DNA of 64,000 nucleotides from the human T2T-CHM13v2.0 reference genome, Homo sapiens, in NCBI RefSeq assembly GCF_009914755.1, contig NC_060927.1; one strand, written 5' to 3'. The stretch's first letter is position 1, and every line of letters begins with the position of its first letter. The notes below the pieces were generated by a model. It ran no database searches and had not been told where the DNA came from. It saw only the letters and a list, made by a program, of their open reading frames with translations. Positions 52,629-64,000 of the stretch are shown one piece after another. A program made the position numbers and the translations under genes.

Positions 52629-54815
52629 AAATTATTTTGGGACTGTCACATTTTGACGGACTATTTTGATTGAAAAATATGTTTCAGTAACCATAACTTT
52701 CTTCTGCCCAAACTTATTTTAATATTTAAAAACTTCAGATATATTCTAAATTAAAGAGCTACACTTAATTATAAAAAGTAAATGTTTGCTTAAAATTAAT
52801 TTGCATACATAAACATTTCACAAAAATTTTACGGTGTTTCTATAAAATTTCTACAAATTCCAAATAAAATTAAGATCTCTATCTAGATTACTTCAGAAAA
52901 ATATATTGCTGTCTAGAAAGTAAATGGTCCTTTAGATGTTTGGTATCCAACTTGACTATTTATCAATTTTCCAGAAAACTGCTTATACTTTGCCTTCCTT
53001 TTCAATATTTATATTAGTGTTTTAGATTTAAAAGTGATTTTCTTGTAGCAAGTATGACACTATGTTAAGGAAGAAAATGTGTAAATTCACATTGCTTAGT
53101 AACAAGCTTATGTTAATATTTTACACCTCAACCATGAAAGAAAGTGGTATTAAGCTTACATATAATTTATCCAGTTAATTTACAGAAACACCTCTCCATA
53201 ATAAAAGAAGCTTCACTTCACAGCTTTTATTGTCAGAAAATATCGTTTATATTACCTATAAGGATATTATAATATTTGATCTAGATTATTATATTTGTAA
53301 GAATTGCCTGTAATTTGGTTGTATTTTAATTAATACAGAATCAACTTAGATATGATAAAGCTAAATCCAATGAAATATATATGCTAGATCTTAAGATAAG
53401 GTTTAATTAATGATATTGCACACCAGATTCTATCCATCATATAAACTATTGTGATCAGTCATATCATACTGCAAATTGGCAAAGGAGGTTGTTGCAATAG
53501 TTGTTTTAGAGACCTTCAGATTTTCATTTTATACAGAGATATTTTTATATCTATATTAATTTTGTTAATGATAATTAAATAGCAAAAAACTGAAATATAA
53601 TCAGATTTTATATACACAATCTACTTTACAAGAAAGATCCATAATAAAATAAATTCTCAAATTATTTTAGCTTGTTATTCTTTCCAACTTTATATTAGTT
53701 TTAGCTAAAATTAAGAATTTCCACCTAAAACATCTATAATCTCTTAGTAAATATGGAATACTTCTTAAGTATATCCTGACATGCTTTTACTAACTGGAAG
53801 TTCGTCATTTCTACTTAATCCTTCTGAACTTAACATTTTCATTATGGCTTATTTATATATACAGAGATAAATTTGTATTCAAAATAACATAATTTTTACT
53901 TGTATATTTCCTCATGCTAAGATGTATTTTACTTTTGGAAATAGGTTTAATGGATCTTTACTAACTATAATAATCTGTTTTCATGAGTTTCAAAGAGTAT
54001 AGACTTTAATGTTGATGTATATTGATAATCACCTATTTTATATTGAACTTGTGATTGAAACTTAACTTTTTTTTACATTTTCCTAGCATTTTATTTGTTA
54101 ATATATATTTTTCAGGGTGTCAGTGTATTCTTTTCCAATTTTTAAGCTTTCACATACATGGATGTTCTATTTATTTTTACCCTTGTTTTCTTAAATAATT
54201 TCTACAACTTGAACACTGTTCAAAGCATTTTGCTGTATTATTTATGTCCCAATATATGGTGCAGTATATACCTATACATTGTCAATTCAGGGAAATTACA
54301 CCAGAGACATGACTATGTCATAGACATGACTATAGTCTATGACTATAGACACAAAAATCTGGCTCAACTCTCAGGTACTATCTGGACTTATGCTGGTACA
54401 ATTTTTACTAATATATCCTGAAAGAAATTTTATTTGAGGAATAAAAATATTTTATATAGCTGACGTTCACTGAAGGGTTCTATTTAAAGTGCTGATTATA
54501 AGGAAAGTACATCAGTTGCTATTTCATTTATCTAAAAGATTTCTCTGTACATAGTTTTATTTTGTTTTATTTTTAGATGATTTTCTAAGGCAGTTGGCTT
54601 TCTAAGAAAACACTAATGTATCAATAATCCAATAGTTCATAGTTATATCTTCTTATGAAGAAAACATAAATATCTGAAGTTTGAAAATGGAAATCAACAA
54701 TTAATAGTACCTTGTTTAAGAGAGATCAAATTTATCTTTCAAATTTTGACAAAAAAAATATAAAAGTGAATATGTGATATAATGGTGGATCAACTCTTAA
54801 GAAAGAAGTATTTTG

Positions 54816-56688
54816 CTCTCCCTCCCTCTCCCCCCCCCTCCCCCTCTCCCGCTCCCCACGGTCTCCCTCTCCCTCTCTTTCCACGGTCTCCCTCTGATGC
54901 CGAGCCGAAGCTGGACTGTACTGCCGCCATCTCGGCTCATTGCAACCTCCCTGCCTGATTCTCCTGCCTCAGCCTGCCGAGTGCCTGCGATTGCAGGTGC
55001 GCGCCGCACGCCTGACTGGCTTTTGTATTTTTTTGGTGGAGACGGGGTTTCGCTGTGTTGGCTGGGCTGGTCTCCAGCTCCTAACTGCGAGTGATCCGCC
55101 AGCCTCGGCCTCCCCAGGTGCCCGGATTGCAGACGGAGTCTCGTTCACTCAGTGCTCAATGGTGCCCAGGCTGGAGTGCAGTGGCGTGATCTGGGCTCGC
55201 AACAACCTCCACCTCCCAGCCGCCTGCCTTGGCCTCCCAAAGTGCGAGATTGCAGCCTCTGCCTGGCTGCCACCCCGTCTGGGAAGTGAGGAGCGTCTCT
55301 GCCTGGCCGCCCATCGTCTGGGATGTGAGGAGCCCCTCTGCCTGGCTGCCCAGTCTGGGAAGTGAGGAGCGCCTCTTCCCGGCCGCCATCCCATCTAGGA
55401 AGTGAGGAGCGTCTCTGCCCCGCCGCCCATCGTCTGAGATGTGGGGAGCGCCTCTGCCCCACCGCCCCGTCTGGGACGTGAGGAGCGCCTCTGCCCGGCC
55501 ACGACCCTGTCTGGGAGGTGAGGAGAGTCTCTGCCTGGCTGCCCTGTCTGAGAAGTGAGGAGCTCCTCCGCCCGGCAGCCGCCCTGTCTGAGAAGTGAGA
55601 AGCCCCTCTGCCCGGCAGCCACCCCGTCTGGGAAGTGAGGAGTGTCTCCGCCCGGCAGCCACCCCGTCCAGGAGGGAGGTGGGGGTCAGCCCCCACCCGG
55701 CCAGCCACCCCGTCAGGGAGGGAGGTGGGGGGTCAGCCCCCGCCTGGCCAGCCACCCCGTCCGGGAGGGAAGTGGGGGGTCAGCCCCTGCCCAGCCAGCC
55801 GCCCCATCTGGGAGGGAGGTGGGGGGTCAGCTCCTGCCGGGCCAGCCGCCCTGTCCGGGAGGGAGGTGGGGGGTCAGCCCCCGCCCAGCCAGCCGCCCCG
55901 TCCGGGAGGGAAGTGGGGGGTCAGCCCCTGCCCGGCCAGCCGCCCTGTCCGGGAGGGAGGTGGGGGGTCAGTCCCTGCCCGGCCAGCCGCCCTGTCCAGG
56001 AGGGAGGTGGGGGGTCAGCCCCCGCCCGGCCAGCCGCCCCATCCGGGAGGGAGGTGGGGGGGCGCCTCCACCCGGCCAGCCGCCCCGTCCGGGAGGTGGG
56101 GGGCACCTCTGCCCGGCCGTCCCTTCTGGGAAGTGAGGAACCCCTCTGCCTGGCCACCACCCCGTCTGGGAGGTGTACCCAACAGCTCATTGAGAACGGG
56201 CCTTGATGACAATGGCGGTTTCGTGGAACAGAAAAGGGGGAAAGGTGGGGAAAAGATTGAGAAATCAGATGGTTGCTGTGTGTGTGTAGAAAGAAGTAGA
56301 CATGGGAGACTTTTCATTTTGTTCTGTACTAAGAAAAATTCTTCTGCCTTGGGATCCTGCTGATCTATGACCTTACCCCCAACCCTGTGCTCTCTGAAAC
56401 ATGTGCTGTGTCCACTCAGGGTTAAATGGATTAAGGGCAGTGCAAGATGTGCTTTGTTAAACAGATGCTTGAAGGCAGCATGCTCGTTAAGAGTCATCAC
56501 CACTCCCTAATCTCAAGTACCCAGGGACACAAACACTGCGGAAGGCCGCAGGGTCCTCTGCCTAGGAAAACCAGAGACCTTTGTTCACTTGTTTATCTGC
56601 TGACCTTCCCTCCACTATTGTCCTATGACCCTGCCAAATCCCCCTCTGCGAGAAACACCCAAGAATGATCAATTAAAAAAAAAAAAAA
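54816..56688 (+). mobile_element. SVA retrotransposon body (older, SVA_C/D-like)
   Basis: CT-rich head, Alu-like domain, VNTR about 55256-56172, SINE-R about 56173-56674, A14; more CpG decay than the first SVA. Confidence 0.96.
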
Positions 56689-57280
56689 GAAATCAGTGGG
56701 AAATCCAGACTGCATAGAAGGAACTGTATATCTTGGCCTCTTTTAAGATTAAGACAATATCTACATAGGCCTTATTACAGTCAACATACTGTTCTTGTAA
56801 CTGGAGAGCAGCCAAATCTTTCTTTCCAACTCACACTCAAGCTAAATTCCTAACTTCTAAAAACTGGCTGACTGGTTGGTAGGAAGAAACACTGCACCTT
56901 GACAATGTTCTTAGAGTCACTGTCCATGTTGTAACCTATTTAATTCTTGGATTCACAAACACTGGAGTCATTTCGTTATTATACTTTGATGGTGAAATCT
57001 GTACTCACCTCAAACACTTCCTCCTAGACTCACACAATTTCTCCCCTTCCCAAATATTCTTGGGGTCTGTCTTCAATTATAAATGCTCAGAATACGAGTT
57101 CCATCTTTTCATTTTCCCCACAGTTCTTTGCTCAGACTCAAATATTGCGTGTAATGCCACTGCCACTCGGTCGGCCTGGCAAATATTTATCTTTCAAGCT
57201 TATCCTGATCACCCTTCAAGAAGGCGAGCTATAGTAAGACATAATAAAATGATTGTTGTTTTTAAAAAAAAAAAAAAAAA
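56689..57280 (+). mobile_element. 3' transduced sequence plus terminal poly(A) of the SVA insertion
   Basis: TSD aagaaagaagtattttg at 54799-54815 recurs exactly at 57281-57297; AATAAA 57243-57248 precedes poly(A) starting at 57264. Confidence 0.93.
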
Positions 57281-58063
57281 AAGAAAGAAGTATTTTGAAT
57301 CATTGGAAGGCTATGTAGTTTTAATCTTAGCTCATATTTTACTCATTCTTTGGTGATAGGTTCTTATGAAAATCTCTTCTATATATATAAAAAAAAGAAA
57401 TTTTACAGGGCTATATCTGACCACAGAGGAGAAATCCAACATTTCAGTGATAATACCCGTAGTTGTTTGAAAAAAAATTAAAAGAAATCTAATTACCACG
57501 ATTAAGAAAGTAATTGGAAGAGTTAAAATTGCTCAGTCTTGGTAATCATAAGCAGAATAGCCTGATATTCAACATTTCCAGCCACAGCTATTGCTTTATC
57601 AGATGACTGACATAAGAGTTACATCATTCTTGTTGAGAGAAGGATAACATTAGGACAAATAAGTGGCACTGACGAAATAATTACCTAGCTTGTTAAAACT
57701 AATCTGCATGATTAATGATTTTTTAAAGCAATGAGACTCTTATATGTGCCAATAAAGAAATCATAGAACACAATGGAGAGTAGTTTTGTGAAATGAATAG
57801 TCGTTTAAATAAAAAATTTTTCTTTTCTTTTTTAAAACAGTGCTTTAATTTTAAAATTTAAATAACAAAACTTCACTATAGAGGGTCCTTATAACTCCTC
57901 CATTTCAATTTTTTATCACTTATCACAGAAATCTAGACAGCAGTGGTACTTTTTTGTTATAATCTCACTGATATATAGGGTCAAGTAGTAGTCATTAGCA
58001 ACATCCTTCATTTATTTCTCAGGTAATCACATCTCTGGAAATGTCCTTTCAAAAATATGTTTG

Positions 58064-58109
58064 ATTATCTTTTTAAAATAGACTTTTAATTATCTTTTTA
58101 AAATAGACT
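58064..58109. repeat. 25-bp-period tandem duplication
   Basis: attatctttttaaaatagact at 58064 and 58089. Confidence 0.85.
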
Positions 58110-58239
58110 ATTCTCCTCTTTCTTCTGCTTTTGTTTTTTAACATTATGACTGCAAGTATTTGAAGGTCAAGATTATTTTCTTATTTTGTAAAGATATGTT
58201 GTGGTTAAAAAATAGACACAAAAGTTAGTGGTTTTGTAG

Positions 58240-58760
58240 GAAGTTAATTTGTTACCATCATTACATAAACAAATCTGCCCTCAGGATTACAGATCAGATG
58301 CTCCTCAACTGTGTTTGCTCAGCTCCAAGTGGTCACACACAAACCCAGACTCACAGAGGCTTTGCCATTGAAAAGCTGGGGCAGTTAAGGTCACTGCAGT
58401 TATCTCCATGCCAGTCAGCTAGAAAGGAGAAAGGGCATGGAGAATTTCATATGGGAGGTGCTTAGAAATCAGACCTAAAAGCAGGTAACATCATTTCCAC
58501 TTAAGATGGATAACCAAGTCAACTTAACTTGCCAGGGCCTCCTCAGCTTTAGGACTGAAAGTAGATAGTCGTGGTAACCCCCTCAGTCACGGGCAAAGAA
58601 AGATGATTAGTCACCCTATTTTCACTCACTTTCCCCTGTGGAGAACTCAGTCCCATGGCCACACCTAAAGATAAGAGGACAAGGAATCTCAGAGATTGGC
58701 TCTACGGTTCAGAGAAGGAGGTGGACTATGGACTTGGTGGACTGCTGACAATGTCCTCCA
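58240..58760 (-). mobile_element. Old MLT1J/K-like LTR relic
   Basis: cacttt...gagaactcagtcccatggccacacctaa motif of old MLT1 LTRs. Confidence 0.45.
58505..58618 (-). mobile_element. MER81-like hAT MITE
   Basis: ccccctcagtcacgggcaaa...tagtcacccta terminus. Confidence 0.6.
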
Positions 58761-59324
58761 CAGAGGGCTCCATCGTATTAATCTTTCATCCAAAACCTCT
58801 ACCTTGTTACTTGGCTTAGATAGAGCAAGAACTAAATAAATGTCAGTGAAATAAAATTAATGGCACAGGCATTGCTTTGCTCCTTTAAACTTAAAAAAAA
58901 AAAAAAAAACCTGAACAAATATACTTCTTTCTGTATTAAGCTCTAGTATAAGCCTTTGTTCAAAAAAAAATCTCTAACATAATGATTTGACATTATTAAT
59001 GAAGTCAGCTTTCCATCCCAATGCTCGGTCTTCTCAGTCTCAATTAATCAGCTAGTCTTGAATTTAACAAAGTAGCAAAACATATTTTCCTTAAATGGCC
59101 TATTCACAATTATATTTAATCACTCCTTCCTTTTTTGATCTTGGAAGCTCATCCATTTTAGCTGAATGTCTAACACTTAATTGGCAGGATGCTCTAGTAG
59201 AAAGAACAAAAATATGCTAGACTTAGATGATCTCAGTGTTATCCCTACAGCTAGATGATGTTAAACATGTCACTTAAACTCTCTGGACCTAATTTTATTA
59301 TCCTTCAAACTACAATATGCTATA

Positions 59325-59622
59325 TAGTTATGCACTATATAACTGTTTTGCTCAATGAAAGACCACATATGCAATGGTGATCCCATTGATTATAGTGTCA
59401 TATATTTATTGTACTTTTCTATGTGTAGATATGTTTAGATAACACAAATACTTACCGTTGTGTTACAATTGCCTACATAGGCTATATCATCTACTCTATG
59501 TGTATAGTACGTTATACCATCTAGGTATGTGTAAGTACACTCTATAATGTTTGCACCACAATAAAATTGCCGAAGGTTGCATTTCTCAGAACATAGCTCT
59601 GTCATTAAGCAACACATGACTG
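59325..59622 (+). mobile_element. Tigger3a/MER47A-like MITE
   Basis: cacaaatacttaccgttgtgttacaattgcctaca...catttctcagaac...cacatgactg|TA. Confidence 0.85.
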
Positions 59623-60795
59623 TATTAATAAAATGTCTTGTCCACTTAAAAGGGCTATGTTGAAAACAAAAATTAGACAATGTAAACAGAGTAGTAATGA
59701 ACAGTAAAGTGTTATGAGGACATCGGCTCTCTTTAACCATAATGTCTACTTGTTGAATTGTGGAAAGCATTACGCTTGCATTTCAGAACTATAATGTAAT
59801 GCAGATTTCAGGAATCTTTGCTTGTTAGCATTCTCTCATTATTGCAGGTAAAAATCAATAGTGAAACATCATGTTATTGGGACTTTTTTCTTTCCTAACA
59901 CCTCAGAATAGAATAAATGATTTTTTTCCAAACTTGGAAAAACATTACTTTCATGCTTATTAAGAGAAAGTTGATAATTTTTAGTTACATCCAGACAACA
60001 TATGCTTAAAAAATTACAGGATGCTGACTTATTAAGAAAAAGATTTTTTAAGTGATAAATTTGTTTATATAATATAAAATTATCTGCCCCAATTAAAAAG
60101 TGTTAAGAAAAAATATATATTAATATATGAGAATAATTGATACTATAGAATAGATTTTAGTCCATGCATAAGGCAAGCATTTTTATGTCTCAATTTCTTT
60201 GCATTTGAATTGATCAGAAACACTTAAGACTACTGTGTGATAATATATTGAAAATGGAAGAAACATGTAGCAGAAGGCTAGTAGAAAAGGCAAGAGTAGG
60301 CTTAGAACAGTGGTTTTTAAGTTGTCTTTTGGGCAACTCAGAATACTTCATCTGCCAAACAGGGAGTAGAAGGTGAAACAGTAGCCAGGGCTAAAACTGC
60401 CGCATGTATTTCACTCATAGCAGTGCTGCTTTTATCTGATGTACATATGCTTAGGATAAAGAAATTTTACTCCTTTAAGGGGATTTTTAAAACACTTTTT
60501 TTTCAAATAAGTCTTTAAAACTTTTATTTATTAAAGAATGATCTACACATTGCAAAAATTTGATCAAGTGCCAATCAAGCATGCTGGAGAGAGTGTAAAT
60601 GCATAATGAACTTTTGTAAACTACCTTATGTTTTTATATAGTGAAGGAGTGTCTAAGAAATATTCTAAAATGGAAAAAAGGTAAAAATACATAAACAGGA
60701 AAGAACGTTCATAAAGTTGAACACATAATCAGAATCAGCTGAAGTTGACTCATTCAGGATGAGAGAAAAGCCGCGAAGGAATACCTGAAGTAAAA

Positions 60796-60838
60796 TGATG
60801 TCATGGCTCAGATCTGTCGTGACACTTGCCATGGTAAC
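60796..60838. promoter_or_regulatory. Candidate CRE-like plus RFX X-box motif pair
   Basis: TGATGTCA 60796-60803; CTTGCCATGGTAAC 60825-60838 (one mismatch to GTTRCCATGGYAAC). Confidence 0.3.
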
Positions 60839-61068
60839 CACCACCTAGAGATGCAGCATCTTCCTGTCAAGGTGCTATGCTTAGAAGAATCACCAGGCAG
60901 ATTAAAAAAGTCCTGGTATGGCAGGATAAATTAACTTATTGAGTCTGTTAGTTCAGGTAAATACTATCAGTAGTTAATACTGAAAGCCTGCTTCCTATGT
61001 GCCAGACAGCTTCTTAAGAATATACATTCAGTGTTTCATGCTGATATTTCAAAATTACTATTCCCGTG

Positions 61069-61466
61069 TGTGCTAGTCTATTTGGGTTGCTATATATCAT
61101 AGAGAAGGTGGCTTATAAACAACAGACATTTATTTCTCACAGTTCTGGAAACTGAGTTCACATTTAAAGCCCCAGAAAATTCAGTCTGGTAAGGAAATTC
61201 AGTCAGGTAAATAAACTCAGAATGGTAAAGGTTCGTTTTCTGGTTCACAGGTCGTTGCCTTCTCACTGTGTCCTCACATGGTGGAAGAGGCAAAACAGTT
61301 CTCTTGCATCTCTTTTATAAAGGCACTTATTCCATTCATGAGGGCTGCACACTCATAGCCTAATCACCTGACTGAAAAACCCACCTCCAATTATGATCTT
61401 ATAAGGTATTAGGTGTCACCATGTTAGTTTTTCCGGGGAGGGGACACAAACACTCAGTTCATAACA
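61069..61466 (-). mobile_element. MLT1A-like MaLR solo LTR
   Basis: ggtggcttataaacaacagacatttatttctcacagttctgga...ggacacaaacactcagttcataaca; TSD ccgtg/ccatg. Confidence 0.88.
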
Positions 61467-62859
61467 CCATGTACTGAAAACAAGAGTAAATTTTAGAGAG
61501 TGTGTGTTTTTATTTTTTTTCCTAAGGCCACACAAATGGTAAGTGGTAAAGTCAAAATTTCAAATGGTTGGGACAAAGTTTTCAAACTCAATACTATATT
61601 TCCTTTTAAATTAATGTGATATTTCAATACCTTCCTCCAAAATAAAATTATTATTTTTTTACTCCATTTCCTCAAACCCAAAATGTCATGTTCTTTTACA
61701 GTTTTAAAAAGGTAGATTGGACAAATTTGTCACTTTGGATCCATTTTAATTGATAATTTGGAGGCAGCATAAGCCCAGTGTTTGTATTCAGGCAAGCTTG
61801 GATGAAGTTCCGAATCAATCTCTATTCTAACTTGTGATATAAGGACAATAAAATTTATTGTGAAGGAAGATTTTAAGGTGTAGATGATATAACACATAAA
61901 AGTGTTAAGTCAGGGGCCTGGTAGCTCTATAAATGTGCTTGCTCTCCTTAATTTCGTGGTTATGTTATATTCACAATGTCCTCTGTCATATGTGTAAACA
62001 AAAGGCTTATGGAATTTGGAATTTGTTTAGGGCTATTATTTGATTCTTAAAATCTGAACAGAATTCAGACTAAGGTTAATCCCACCTGTCTCTTAATGGA
62101 TGAGATTTTTATATTAGTTGGATGAATGCCATAGACTCTTTATTATGTGGTGTGATACTATTTTAAAATATTAACATTTCCTTTTGTTTCAGAAATGTTC
62201 TGATAACCCACTCTTTTTGCATTTAGGGAGATAAGAGGGGAGAGTGCCTATGTGCACTGCTCTCAAAGTGTGGTTGTTACATAGAAAAGCGGAGAAAAAG
62301 TAGAAGGTAATTTGGATTTTGACCTTCAAAAGGTCTAAACAAAAGGTAAGCTTTTCCTGCCACAGATGAATTCAGATTCTTTAAGGCAAAAGCAGAGGGC
62401 AAGAATCAGACACTGAGTTGCCTATGAAGGTCCCTGTTGAGGAGTTCTGGAAATGTATTTTCTACCCATAATGAAGACAAAACCCCAAAGGAAGAACATA
62501 GTCTTTAATTAAATTTTAGAATCCATAGCAGAAGAATTTTGAACTTTGTTTCCCTAATGGGACTGAGGAAATCAGCAACTTTCTAGAATTTTATCATGTT
62601 TTGCTATGATTCAATAACAATCAACTAGATATTATAATATGTTCTATCTATTCAGAGAGGCCCTGAAACAATCGTCCTGAATTTGCTGCAGAGCTACACT
62701 TACATGGTTACATGGGAGTGCTCCAGAGTTCTCCAGGGCTCTCCAGAAGAGTCTCAGGGATATTTGGGGAATATCTATAGATTGGAAGAGTTTTGTACTC
62801 AGGATTAGGAGGACACTGAATGATTTACATGGGTTCTTTACCATATGGGAATGAGGATC

Positions 62860-63024
62860 TGAAGCCATGCCAGGCAAGGTGTAAGTCACACACTCCTACA
62901 CTTAACGAATAAATTATGCTCTAACTATTACAACGTTTCTCTTTTTCTCTAGCAGCTAAATAAGCACTGGCCTAGAAATCAGCGATATCAAAACAATTAC
63001 AACTCATCCAGCTCTCAGATGCTT
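62860..63024 (+). mobile_element. Isolated internal fragment of a MER4-like LTR
   Basis: Aligns to about 63800-63958 (cctacacttaa.gaataaa...ctctagcagctaaa...aaaacaattacaactcatccagctc). Confidence 0.8.
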
Positions 63025-63389
63025 TGAGAAATTCAGAGGATATATGACAATAACTGTAAACTAGTGGAGAAGAAATAGAAAAAAAGAAGGGTACACAGAC
63101 AAGATTTGAACATGGATAGTTATTGCTCCGATCTTCGATAAAACCATTTGAAAATGGACAGAGTGTAAAATAAACCTGAAATCATGAAGTAAAACCTGTT
63201 TGGACTAAGTTTACAATTAATTAGCTAAAAGTATGTTGTTGCTCCTAAATAGAAAAAAGTTTGCGTTAGGAAAGTTCAATTAAAAAAATAGAGGACATCT
63301 CTATATCTCCCTCATATTTGTGGATTTTGCAATTTGTATGCACTGTAGTATTCCATATTTTCCTCATCTTGCTTGATGTATTCTTATCA

Positions 63390-63566
63390 TTACTGTACAT
63401 GAGTTGAGAGCACAGCAGAGTCAGATTGCCTGAGTTTAAATCCTGGCTTGACACCTTATTAGCTGTGTGACCCAAGGCAGAGAAACTTGGTCTTTCTATG
63501 GCTCAGCTTACTCATCTGTAAAATGGAGATATTTAGATTACCTACCTAACAAGTATATTATAAAGA
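63390..63566 (+). mobile_element. MIR, interrupted by MER4-like LTR
   Basis: gagtcagattgcctgagtttaaatcctggct...agctgtgtgacc...ctcatctgtaaaatgg. Confidence 0.8.
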
Positions 63567-64000
63567 TGTAAACTAAAAACAAAATCATAAGCTTCTCCAC
63601 TTAACAGAGAGGGCAGCCCCAGAAAACAATAAACTGAATTTCTGACCATGTTGGAATGGGAGGTCAGACATGCCTCATTATCCCCCCTCCCTTTTGTGGT
63701 TTAGACACAACAACACAGCACCATTAATGTTAAAATAGATATTATGAGAGACAAAGAAGATTATTCGTGGCAATAAGATACCAAATTATAAACAAGACCT
63801 AAGACCATGCCCAGGAAGGAAGTGTTAAACCACACACCCCTACACTTAAAGAATAAACTATGTTCTAACTGCTACAAGGTTTCTCCTTTTCTCTAGCAGC
63901 TAAACAAGCATTGGCATAGAGATAAGCAATATTAAAACAATTACAACTCATCCAGCTCAGGGAAACTGATTAACTGACTCTGTGTTCCAACAGCCATAAC
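63567..64000 (+). mobile_element. MER4D/E-like ERV1 LTR, runs off window end
   Basis: tgtaaactaaaaacaaaatc...gggaggtcagacatgcctcattat...aataagataccaaattataaac. Confidence 0.8.

Noticed and set aside
54797-56668. ORFs up to 242 aa in the second SVA
   Set aside because: Same artefact; near-identical peptides occur in the first SVA.
56675-56705. A14 run as the true end of the second SVA insertion
   Set aside because: Not followed by the 5' TSD; the TSD occurs at 57281.
58893-58909. A17 run as a retroposon tail
   Set aside because: No recognisable element body or TSD found.

Overview
AT-rich primate genomic DNA, almost certainly human given a young SVA and AluY elements. It is intronic or intergenic and dominated by transposable elements. 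I find no credible protein-coding gene, RNA gene or CRISPR array; the long ORFs in the track come from SVA VNTRs, Alus and LTRs. Content: two + strand SVA retrotransposons about 20 kb apart, 11 Alus, solo LTRs (MaLR, MER31/67-like, MER52-group, MER61, MER4-like), L1/L2/MIR relics, small DNA-transposon derivatives (MADE1, Tigger3/4, MER81, MER115), microsatellites and short tandem duplications. The best-supported observations are in the retrotransposition record. (1) The second SVA does not end at its own poly(A): its 17-bp TSD recurs only after 575 bp of extra sequence, an AATAAA and a second poly(A). This is an SVA-mediated 3' transduction, and the cargo carries splice-site-like signals. (2) A 78-nt ERV9/LTR12 transcript 3' end with poly(A) and TSD looks like an L1-mobilised retrocopy of an LTR-terminated RNA. 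(3) The first SVA is young and full-length, with a perfect 19-bp higher-order hexamer array and a cluster of A-to-G changes at the start of SINE-R. These are instances of known mechanisms, not a new biological system. Subfamily names come from recalled consensus sequences and need RepeatMasker/Dfam confirmation. Exon and promoter candidates are motif-only.
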